64,000 nucleotides of DNA from Lingula anatina (taxonomy: Eukaryota; Animalia; Brachiopoda): assembly GCA_051362555.1 (NCBI GenBank), contig CM120642.1, positions 10,354,001-10,418,000 on the forward strand, in the 5' to 3' direction. Position 1 is the first letter of the stretch. The number at the start of each line of letters is the position of its first letter. This document shows, piece by piece, positions 1 to 12,531 of the stretch. The notes under the pieces were generated by a model that worked only from the letters and a program-made list of their open reading frames with translations, made no database searches and was not told the DNA's origin. The position numbers and the translations under genes were made by a program.

Positions 1-3000
1 CCTAGAAAAACAATAAGAGCTTTGGAATGACATTTATAAAGAGATGACTCTAATCAGCCTGATTACTGATAGATAAAAAATACGAAGAGCTCTAATTTGA
101 AAAAAAAGTTTAGGTCTAAGAAAGATAATATTCTAAAACTTAAAATCTACCGTGCACGCCAGGCATATAAAGATATTATGATAGACATACTATACACCCA
201 TTTCGTTCAATAAATTAATACATGGTGAAGAAAACGGAGTTTTAAATTTCGCTACCTGTGCAGCGGACTGCTCCCATACTCTTGTCATCAAATGCGGACT
301 GACAAGGTTTGCAGGTGCGAGACGTCTCATCAGAATATGTCCCCGGCATGCAAGCGGCTGAAATCATAAATGAACACATTTATGAGAGTTGACTTTTATG
401 ACGTAACAGTTACAAGGTCAAATTCAAACTACATGCAAATGAGTTAGAGATATATACTAGGAAGTCTTAGTTGGCGGCACAAGGAAAGGTAACATCTTCC
501 ATTTTTAAATAATTTTTTTAATTAATTCAGTTTTGAATGGAATTAGATAAAACTTTTTTTCTGTAATTGATTATCGTATTGATGACAGGTCATTTATCAC
601 AATCAGATAGCGCCTGTGTGCGCTTATTTCACCTTTTATATAGTGTTTCAGTAAAGTACCACATTTCAACGAGCAAAGGGACATGGGCTTTTATGATTTT
701 GCTCCTTGCACCAGGCATACTTACCACACAAATATTCAAACTCCATGCTGTGTTCATAACCGGGCGGGCAAAGTGGGGAATCAAAGGACGCTCGCAGTTG
801 GTTGTGGTCAATACTAACATGCTGGGCACCATGGGTGAAGATATAAGTTCCCTGGTACCCGTAATTATAAAGCACACGAACACTTCTCATGACTGACTGC
901 CGCAGCCCACGATACAGTTGGTTCAATTGTTCGTACGAGTTGTTGTGATCTGTGGAATTGGCGATTTCATTTGCCAAAATGGTGAATTGGGTTCCATCAT
1001 TTTCAAGATGTGTTATGTTCGAAATGGTGACGTTGCCATTAAGTAAATGCATCACCGTCATTTCTATGGTTTCCTTGAAGTCTAGTCCATCTAATGACAT
1101 GTTCTGCAATAGGGTGGCAGGAGTCTCCGTATCCGCTGCTGCTATTCGTCTCACAGCCATGGTTATTTGTGCCCTTGGCAACGCCACTCGCACAGGCCTA
1201 ACTATCATTTGGGTGTGGTTCATCTTATATAAACCATGTTTGTTTTCTGCACTGCATTGGTAAAAACCAGCGTCAGCAAGCCTGGGTTTTGGGATTTTCA
1301 GAATAGGGTCACTGCTGTTAAGAGAGACGGGAACTGTGGTATTATTTGTGCTGCTCAAATTGGTCTCAAACGTCCACGTGATAGTTGGAAATGGATCTCC
1401 AGTCACGTTGCACGTGATGTTGGCTGATGGTTCGTACCCCTCAAGTACAACCAGATCATTAAGGGGAGGCATCACCTCGCTCGGCGGTTCTTCAACTTTG
1501 AGAACACCCCTCGAAGCAACGCTAACTACGTGATTCACTGCAACGCATGCGTAATAGCCATCATGCATTTGTTCCGCAACTGGGATTTCTAAAACATTTC
1601 CGTCAATGTTTACGTTTAAGCTGCTGTTTCCGTAAATCGGTTCTCCGTCTTTCTGCCATTCGAAGTAAGGTTCAGGTTCGCCTGTTGCGTTACAGGTCAA
1701 GGTCACATTCTGACCTACCAGAACGGCGATGTCGTGGACCTCGACAGTAATATTGGGTGCTGTGGCACAGAAAACTTTGGTTTCTCTACTCTGAAGCAGT
1801 ACAGACAACAGCTCACCACTCAGAGCAACGGCATCCTCTGTTGTCAGCGTATCGTTTCTGACAATTCCAAGAAAACTGTCTTCAATTTGCGGTATCAGCT
1901 GCCGCATGGTGTCTGCCTGGGCAATGGAGACGTTTAAGTAAAGACGGTAGAAATCATAGAAATACATAAGTAAGCAATCTTCAAAACTGGAACACTTGTT
2001 CGGGTCTTGTGTGTCCCGTGTGTAATTCTCCATTGTTTGTCTCCATGCGGTGCCGATTGGGAAGCTTTTTGCCTTCTGGGTTTCCTCCATCGTTGCATTT
2101 ACAACGTTATCCATCATGCCCACGTACGCACCCACCACCGGATCAGAGGTCACGTTGGAATTTGCAATCACATCTTCCAGGTCATTTTCAGTCAAGTTAT
2201 AGTTGACGTAGGCATCGGTTTTGTTAAACCCAGAATCGTTAAGGCTAATGTTTTCCACCTTTGTCATGCTAGTCAAATCATCCACCACTGTAGAGGCATT
2301 ATCAATGGAATCTTTTGCCACTGATGACACGTTGTATAATGCTTCAGCCACTGTGGTCAAAAATGTGTCAATAACTGAGAACTCGTCACATTTTCTTTTG
2401 AACAAATTAATTCGATATTGTATGTAATTTGCTTCGGTTGAGTCGTTTGCATTAAGGCTGTCGGATTCGGGGGAGTCAATAGTTACATTTTCTCCATCAA
2501 AAATATCATCAAACACTGTTCTGTTGATGGAGGAATTAGACATACTATGTGTATCTCTCTCAAAGCGCCCTCGCAGGTGCTTGTATGACCAAAGAATGTT
2601 CGCTCTAACTAAATATTCCACAGACCGTTTTCCTCTTCCAGTAAGCAAACGTCCAATACCTTCAAATATCATTTTTACAATCTTGAAGGCTAGTTCTAGT
2701 ATATTAAGAATAATATTCTTCAAATCAATCCTAAATGTGAACAATGTCCAGCCAGATCTAAAAGCATTGAACTCGCATGAAACAGTCAAGAGGAAGAAGT
2801 CCCGTGCATTGATTTCTACGCCAAAACCACATCTTTTAATGTCCAGGATACTTGCAATTCCATAACGAATGAAATACTCAAACGCCAATGTTATTCCACG
2901 TAGGATGAATTTAACTACCTCCAAAGCTGCTTTTACAAATTCGAGAAGCCATTCAATTCCTTTCAAAATGTAAATCGTAAAGTCTAAAAATCCAACTGCA

Positions 3001-6000
3001 ACATCGAGAATGGCTTTAGCTGCCTTTACAGTTAACTGAGCCACTTGGAGCGCTCCTTTAGCTATATCCATGGCTATCATAGGGATGCGAACGGCTATCT
3101 TAGCGAGTTCCAGAACGGCGTAAGCTATAGCTCTAAGAATGCGGCACAAAGCGTTTGCTATAAGACAGCCAATGTCGGGGATGCGAATCGCACACGGGAC
3201 CCACTGACAGCATGGAAAAGGTATCCAGCCACTGCATATCCTACAGGTAAGGCCCCATAAACAAATGTCAGGGCAATCTCGAATCTGGCACAAGTTATCC
3301 ACATTTCTTTGAGCCCTCGCTAACTCATCAAGAGCTCTTTGGAATGGAATTTTTGCCTCCTCAACTTTCCGTTCCGCATCTTCAAGAACTTTAACAGCGT
3401 TGTCAAATTTTGTCTTTTCAGCAAGAACTGCGGCCTTTGCGGAATTCACCTTTTCCTGCGCTGCTTGTACATGAGTCTGCACTACTGTTACAGCATCTTG
3501 GGCAGCAGAAATTCGCTCTTGTGCTTCCCTTGACTTTTCTTTCACTATATTTATCACTGAATCCCATAAGCTTCCGTCAAAACCCTTAGGCCCTGGGACA
3601 AAATATGCTGACAATCCCAGTCGAAAATGAACTTCTGGGACGTTAAATTTGAGATATACATGCATCTCAATTCGAAATAAAGATACAATTAAAGTTTCGA
3701 CGTAGGCGTCCAAACCGTTCTTTGAAATAAAAACGTCAACTCTTGTGCTATCAAAAACGGGTAAATCTAACAACAGGATTGCATGGACAATAATATCAGT
3801 TTGTGCTCCATTTATGCCGATAGCTAATTCTAGCCCAGCACCACGGAATTTCTTGAAAAACTTGAATAAGCCTCCATCCCTTTTAAACAAAGCCATTATT
3901 CGCACGGCATCCCTGCCCTGAAGGAGAGCGTATGCTTTACTGTATTTGCTGCACTGAGCTAAAGAGCCAGAGGAGTACACATACTCAATGTCAAGCTCTC
4001 CCAGATCTATGCCAAATACCGTGAGCGAAGAAACGAATTTTATTCCAAAGCCAGAAAATCCCTTAAATGATTGGATAAGCTCAGTGTTGCTGAACTGAAC
4101 AAATTCCCAGGCATCTCTTTCTAACTGCTCTAGTTGGGAATCGGTGTCGGTGACAAACTGATGAACAAATGTATCAGGCATTAACTCAGCTTCCATTTTA
4201 AGACTCTGAAAAGTCTTCCGTAATTCAATGACAAGAGTTTTGATGGCCCTCGTTGTGTTGCCAATCTCGAAGACACCTGTGCCATTGAAGCGAGTAACAA
4301 ATGCACTGCTGGTTGACAAGAGATCGATGGATTGTGAAACAAAATTCTTCAGCAAAGATCGGGTGCTTTCCCAAAGGAATCGGTTTTCAACGTCACTAGT
4401 GTTCAGAAGCAGAATTAAGTCTTGTGCATTGATCACGATTAAGGATAAACCTACTTTCAAGTCGTTCGTCAGAGCAACGGAATTACCTGCATCGGCATCT
4501 GGCAAAGGACTGTCATCAAAGAGAATGAAAACATCAACATCAATATTGAGATCAAAGATCGTGTCTAAAGGTGGGTTTGGAACATTCTGAAGTATAGCTA
4601 AAGCCCTTCTTAGAGCCATGCTACATACAGTTGCATTAGGTGCCTTCTGGGCTATTTCATTTACGGTAGCGTCCATGTTTTTGCCTTTGGCTTTATTCTT
4701 CAGTAATCGCTTTTTGCTTTTGTTTTTTGGTCTCTTGTCTCTCTTTGATCTCTTTGTCCACTTGGCACGAGCGCTATTCTCTGCAGTTGTAGGTTTCTTG
4801 GTTGTTCCTATTTTTGCTGTGGTAGTCCGTCGAGTGGTTGTGCGCCTAGTGGTCGTCGTGGATCTAGTATTAACAGCTGGTGTTGTTGTAGTAGCAGTGT
4901 TTGTTGTATTTCTAAGATCAGCAATTAGATCCAAGGCGTCACAAACACCATCAACCACCGCAAATGCAGCGTCTAATGCGGCTCTGGCTACGTTGTATTG
5001 CCAAAAATCTTTCAGTGGGTTGAAGTTAAGTTGCATCGTAAAAAACAAGCCTGCTGGGTTGGCACCGTCACCGCAAAGACGCCGTTGTTGAGATCCTTCA
5101 TGAAATGTATGTGAAATTCAGTTAAAATATGGCCACATGCGTGGGTATAAGAATTAAAGAAAATTTAACACAGGAGAAGCATGCATGTATTTTCGAAAAA
5201 AAAAATCATTTGAAAGTTATATACAGTAAATAGGCTAAATAAAATTATTTAAACTGTACCTTGGGCAATCAGGGCATAACCTGTGTTTTATATATTAAAA
5301 GGGATTAGGACTAGCATTTAAAGGTGTACTCACCTCCTACGGACAGGTACACTGAGCTTTCGGCAACGGCGCCCCCTAGGACAACCGGACCCAGCGCTGT
5401 GTCCAAGACAATGTCCATTGACGCAGATGACGCCATCACCATGACGTACTCTTCTGAGCGGCTGTACTCTGTCAACTATGATAAAGATACGCGTTGAATT
5501 TTGCAGTGTTAGTGGTTCAATCGAAAATGAACATCCATCAAAAACGAAGAACATTACTAAAAGGTTTAAATTATACAAAAACAACCGGTCCCCAAGTACG
5601 TTTAGTAGACATCCTTATTACAACTACTTAACACTGTTTGTATTAGATTTAACTACAAGTGTGGACCTAGTTTAAAAAAGAAACTGCATATGCTTACGTC
5701 AACAGGATTGGGTACTTTAAAGAAGGCATCTCCTTGCGCCTCCCAGAGAAGGAGCGGCCATTCCGAATTTTCCATCTCTGTCATTATCCAGACGTTAGCT
5801 TCTGAGGGCAAACTGAAATATAAAAATGGAGGCTTCTGATGTTTTATTCGTGCACCAAATATCGAGTTCAATGTATACTATAGAGGTGTTAGTGCTGACA
5901 TTAAGAAATTATGCATTCTACAACCCTTGTTGCATAATTACAGACCAACAGAGAAGTAGAATTCTTCCCAGAAGTCAACGCAGCGCTGTTTCTCCCAAAA

Positions 6001-9000
6001 GGACCTGATTTTATAATTCCACTTGAATCGAGTTTTAGCTAGAAGATATGAAAATTTATGATCTTTATGTCATTCAATATCATTGTGAAGTTTTTTGAGA
6101 GACCCGTTTTAAAATAGGTTTTCTAAATCGACCGGAACTGTGTTCTGCTTGCTTTGCTACCACGTTATTTGCTCCAAGCACCAACGGCCACTGCCAGCCA
6201 CGATTTTTGTCAGGAATATTATCTCTGAAATGGCCAGAATTCACCAGAGAAACAATTTCAATATATTGATGAATGAGGAAATGAGGAGTCCACATTCGAA
6301 GCTTGAGAACGGCAACAAACATTCACGTAGGCTAGAGGGAACAAACACATGAGTCCAAATTTGCAAGTTAGTTACTTTCACGTCTTAAAATCACGTCCAA
6401 AACTGATCAGGGAAGGATACTCCACTACTCGCGTTATATCTATTATTATGCAACTTTCAGGTTGTAGAATGACAATCAAACCACCTAACTGGTGAGCCTT
6501 GTTTAATTTTAAAATTCTAAGAGAACAGATGTACCTGAATGCGACCTTTTCATCCCCATTCCAAAACTCTCCCGTCGACTCGGGCAGTTTGACTTCAATT
6601 CGTCGTGTGGTTGACATGCCAATTCCATGTACACTCCCGTGAAATCCAAACGAGCTTACTGCACCAAGTACGTCAAATCTACCGGCCAAATCAACTTTGT
6701 CTCCAGGAAATAGAAAGAAGAAAGTCATATCTCTTTCCCCGCACATGTCCAAAATCAAACAATAATTTTCGTCTCCAGATAATGTCGGAAGAATTAAGCT
6801 AGTTCCCCAGTACGTAAAATTCACACCCTCTTGGAATGTTAATATATTGTAGAATACATCAGGGTACAGTGGCGCCCCCTGACAACTACTGTGCACAGCG
6901 TTGTTCTCGTCCAACAGCTCACTGCCGGCAACAATACTGATATCAAATCGTGGAGACAGAGTGCTTTCGTACTTCAATAGGGGTTCTAACCGTATATTAC
7001 CCGGGAACTGGATCTCAGCCGACGAAAGGAGACTTCTAAGAAAAGAGTTTCTTTGAAGAAAGTCACCATCGTCTTCTGTCGTGAAAGTGGACGCAGTACA
7101 TCGCTCTTGTAGGATGGAAGTCGCTGGGAGGCGTGTCCCGTCGTTGACAGACTGAGCTGGAGTTAAAGAAGACACTGTGAGGGTGTGGTTGGTTATCTGG
7201 AGACCGTTCGATGAAAGGGGAGACCCTTTGTTTTCAAAGAAAACTACTCCAAACGTGAAAAAAGTATCTGTTTCCTGGGTTGATTTAAACCAAGCAGATG
7301 TAGACGACAGCCAGATCTGATTACACACACCGGTGGGACCATCAGTGACCAAGCTTAAGAGATAGCATCCTCTGGGCAAATTGTACGACTTAAGTCCCAA
7401 TTTCGAAAACACATCTTCTTTTTCGCAATTCATACCAGTGTGCCCAGTCCCTGTACAGTTACAAGCGACGCCCGTTGTGAACGGTAAGCATACACCATTA
7501 TTCATACACGGGTTGTTACTACACGGCTGTACGATTGTGCTTACGGTTGTGGTCCGCACAGTCGTTGTTGATGTTGTCGTCGGTGGCGTAGTTGAAGTAG
7601 TTGTTTCCTGTGCCGTCGCTGAATAAGTTGTCTCCTGTGGTGCCTCGGAAGAAATGTCTTGCGTTATTGTACTTGTTGTAGTTCCATTAAAAACGGCCGT
7701 AAAATTAAACTCTTCAATGACAGCTTGAAATAAAAAAAATTCATTCACTTTATGTATCGATGCCAGGGAACTACAACATATGTAACATTTTTAGATTGGT
7801 AATTGATATTTTCTGTGTTCTATTGAAAACTAATGGTGATACAAGTATGGCAACAATTTAATGACGTTGAGTGCCCGTCGCCATTATTAAATTTGGCAAG
7901 TGTATCGACTTAAACATTCATAGATAAACGGTTCCTTTTTCCTTTACAGACAATAAAACCTCAATCAGAACGTATACTTTCATCCGTATCTACTTACCTT
8001 GGCAAGTGTGACCGTCGCCTCCAAGGACAAAGCCAGCCTCGTTACATTCACAGTGGTAGGAGCCGTTGGTGTTGATGCAAATGTCACTACAGCTACCATT
8101 ATTGACAGCACATTCATTTACATCTGCAACATACAGTATCAAAATATTGTCAAAATACCAATAAAACTATTTCCAAAAATTAAAAGAGTAAGTACGTCTT
8201 CAAAGTCAATAATCAGCGTCTTTCAGTGGAACTGTCGCAGTTACTACCGTGCCGCTGTACATTTTTTTTTTTTTTTTTTTTTTTTTGCCAGTCTTAACTC
8301 ATAGTTGGCATTGTTCAGGAAATTATCATTCTGCTAACCGCAATCTTTATGTTAGGAGACCATCCACCAAAGTTTTAATTCCCTATTGATCTTCAACCCT
8401 TAAAAGATTACAATTAAAACTGAAACGTCTAAGAACTTTAACACATCTTTTTATAATGGCATCCAGATATATTCAACAAAATGTAAATGATTTATTCTAT
8501 ACCCAAGACCTACCTTCACACGATTGAGAATCATTTCCCAACTGGTAGCCATCTTGGTTGCAGAAACACAGAAAAGAACCTATAATGTTGGTGCATGTAT
8601 CTTCACACCCACCATTAGAGGTACTGCACTCGTCCACATCTGATGAAAAATAATGTTTCATGTTTTTTAATAATCGAAAATGGGCTATGAGAACTTTACT
8701 TTTACTTTACCAAAATAGTGATGCTGACACCAGCGACGTAAAATTATACTCACCGTCGCACGAGCGAAAATCTGCTCCTAAAATATATCCTGGGTCCGTA
8801 CAAGCACACGCGAATGATCCATTTAGATTGTCGCACCGATCACCGCAGCCACCATTTGCAACCAGGCATTCATCAATATCTGTAAGAGTTGCAGATGTGT
8901 ATGAAGTTTTGTTTGGAAGTTAATTCCACTGCTTTTAACGGCGTGAGTCGGGTTATGGGGTTATAATGGCCGTAAAAGTTAGGTCCCGTGGTTTGAAACT

Positions 9001-12000
9001 GATTATAAATAGTCCTCGATAATATTTTGCACATTATAACTTTAATCAAAGTGAATTAATCTTACAATACGCCCTGACCATCAGCATCTATTGCAAACTC
9101 TTCTCTTAAATCAGCATACCAGTTCAATAACCAGTATATTTAAATACATCATTTAATTACAGTAAAACTGTAATGACAGGCGTAGTCCGCGCAGAAGTAA
9201 ACTACGGCCAAGGTCATTGGAGTACAGGTACCTTACCTTCACAATTTCCATCCTTGGCGACGTATCCATCTGGACACACTGTTATGTTACAACCAACGCA
9301 GGGTGGAACCTCTGATAGAGCATGAAGATATTAATGCGGTGTTATGACATAAGAGTTAACTTGATGCTATGTTGTATAATGTATACTTCGACTTATGCCT
9401 ATCTTCTATATCACATCACTGCCACTTTTTTGGATACCAGAAAAAAAGACTGGGAATTTTTCATCCTTTAAATTTAATCGATTATTTTTTTAATTAAATG
9501 CAATAGCATTTATCAACTCATCTAATTAGAAAAGATTATTTCGGTTTGGATCTCATCTGGATATTTCTTACCAAAGCAATATGCTTGTGGACATGCCGCC
9601 GTCGGACTAAGATAGTAAACCGTAAAGTCTGTGCAATTCTTGATTTGCACTGGCAGCAAGGACTCACAGCAGCTGTCAGGCGACCCAACACATGCTTCTA
9701 AGGTTATCATGTCGCCCTCTGGTATAGACGTGTTGGCTGAAACAAACAAACAAAATAATTGGAATTTCAATTTTTGAAAAAAAATACAGACACATTTAGA
9801 TACCCCTAAATAATAATAATAACGGATAAACATGGTAAGGGATTACGGAAATAAATACAAAGACAAAATATAAATAAATAAAAATAAAAATACTGAGTTA
9901 ATTTCGCTTGGAATTTATCGCTTCATGTATTGCTTTGTTAAAATGATATTTATATGTGTGTTCAAAGAGATCATATTTCTTAACAGACTTGTGTTAGATT
10001 GAAATATAGACTGTAATGCTCCGTTGTTTGAAACAACTCCAAAACAAAACTGATTATTCACAACAGGTTGTAAAGCTCCGTGACTATGTAAAACAGTGGT
10101 GATAAAATATTATCACGCTTAGGCACACTCAATATATCTTGCTTCGCTTTAATTGACTTAAAGTAGATTTTGTTCCTATTAACGTTATTTTACTGTTTTA
10201 TCCAGCAGCTTTAAATATGTTAGGGACACATTATTTGCTACGCAGTATTGTTAAACGACACTGTAAATAGAGCTGAAATAGCTTTGGCTTTCCGTTCTCT
10301 ACGGGCTTTGTTCGCTGAATTTGACTGCAATTTGATGCCGAGATATTTGTGTATTTGTGTACTCTTTATTCGTGCTTTCAAAGTTTTTGTCTTTGGTAAA
10401 GAAAGCCGATTTTTGATACTTTGCTTGCCTTTCAAAATGACGGCTCTGCACTTTCTTAACCAAATGGTACTCACTTGTATTCATCCAAACTGGTCCAGTC
10501 GTCCCACAAGCTGGTGACCCAGGGCAGGTCGTAGGCAGGTGAAAGATGGGTGAGTGACCTATCTTGTACCAGGTCCTCAGCAGTAAAGAGTCACATTTGG
10601 GATTGGTGGTGAAGTTGGTGTTATTTGTGCTTCTCTCAAAACCCACCGTGAGGTCCGCAGGGTTCTGACAGGGGTCAAAAGCTGAATGATAAATAAGGCC
10701 GGACAAAATTGATAAGTTTGGTACAAACACGACCGACCCGTAGTTTGATACGAAAGCGACCGACCCTCATGCAACCGTAAGAAAATCGCCCTTTTTTGAA
10801 TATATGTTTTCCATTAATAAATTTTAATGAAAAATATCAACCATTGCTTTGGTGTGCTTTTTATGCTCTAAGATCGGATTGTTACCCCCACCCCACAAAA
10901 AAGAAAACGAAAATATCGACTGTTAAACCGCATGTTAAACATCCTGCGTACAAAAATAATTAATTTTGTATCGATCCTATTATCCGAGAGGCGGCGTTAG
11001 TTAAGCAACCGATCATGTTTATCTGGCCTAATTGGTATGTCGTTTCATAAATATTTTAAAAAATCAACCTTGAATGTAAAAAAAAACACAAAAAATTTTT
11101 AAAACACGTTAGGTTTGTATTCATATTCAAGCAGAACGAAATTATGAACAAATCTTATGCAATTATAAACAATTTTTGTTTACCAAACAATTGTTCTTGT
11201 GTCTCACTATTTATAAAAACGTATGACTTACTACGAGCATTTATGTTAAATCAAAACATGATCAATTTCAGTAGTTAAACCACTCTATTTTTAGACACGT
11301 ATGACATATTATGTACAGGGGCGGATTCAGAGTTATTTCCTGACAGTCTTCCAAATTATCTTTGTTGATCCGTTCTTCATTTTTGACCGTCTTCCGACAG
11401 AAAAAATTAGATACCCGCCAATGTAAACTTGAAAATCTGACCGTCTTCTGGAAGACCCAGAAGACGCCCTAAATCCGCCCCTGATGTAGCACTGATACAG
11501 AATAAAGATATATTTTAATAGCATAGGTGTTCTTTATTTATGAAAATTTATGACTTATTATGTGACATTGATACAGAATGCAGACGCGATCAGTTTCAAA
11601 AGCAAATGGTAATGGAGATATGCTGAATTCTTTTTAGTGACTTAAATAAAATACCATTGTAATAAATACCTCACAAACAATATTATTCTGGCGCATACAA
11701 ATTGCTAGTCTGCATTGACAGCGACCATGACTTACTTTCATTACAGGTCAAGCCGTGGTAAGGCGGCTGGCATTTACAGGTGTCGGGCGCTATACAATCG
11801 CCATTATTCTCACACCCTGCAGCGCAAACAGCTGAAACACAAATCCATTCACCGGATTAATTTGTTAGCAATGCAAATAAAAACTTTCACTGACCTCCTA
11901 AGGGCTCAGTCTTTACATCTTTGACTAAAAACACGGTTGCCTTTCGGCCCTGTGTATTAATTCAGGTCTGAACGTAATGATCTGATTTATACAGGGCTCT

Positions 12001-12339
12001 CAATTCTACTTATATACTTCGAAATATTCTATTAATTTTTACTCCAGATATCTTCGTTTTTCGTGTATCATTCTATTATAATTAAAATTAAGAATATGTT
12101 CAATCGACTTACGTATGTCACAACTGCTAGTGTTTGTCGCGTTGATCCCAGCGGTCCACCCATCACAGCAGTATTCTACTGTTACTGGGAGAGTGTCGTA
12201 GGCTAAGCTGTACGTGCTACAGTCGTAGTAGCTGGAAAAATAAACATAGCTATATGCTTCTTACATACCAAGTTATCTAATTACTTATGCCATGCCAATA
12301 AATCTTTATTCAGCGCTTAGTCACTTGTGGTATATTTGT

Positions 12340-12378
<39 letters not shown>

Positions 12379-12480
12379 TTTGTATGTTTTTAATGGCATT
12401 ATGTTACAGTTTTATGTGTCTATTCAAATGAAGTTACACGTGCCTGTAATTATGGATTTGTCAATTGCTGATTGTTTTCC

Positions 12481-12531
<51 letters not shown>

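Noticed and set aside
3200-3235. GWIPFP resemblance to filovirus/retroviral fusion loops as evidence of an endogenous viral env
   Set aside because: Only a few residues; no CX6CC or immunosuppressive motif, no LTR/pol. Kept only as a structural analogy.
666-5048. Treating the 1460-aa and 1487-aa ORFs as standalone intronless genes
   Set aside because: No signal peptide; both have conserved splice sites near each end and join in phase to flanking exons.
567-5091. Many short plus-strand ORFs over exon 14 (and their twins at 19275-23136)
   Set aside because: Antisense shadows of the long minus-strand exon; conserved only because of the duplication.
5260-5280. Possible 21-nt micro-exon (GYALIAQ) with AG/GT ends in A
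   Set aside because: In B the upstream intron would be only 17 nt and the frame differs; exons 13 and 14 join in phase without it.
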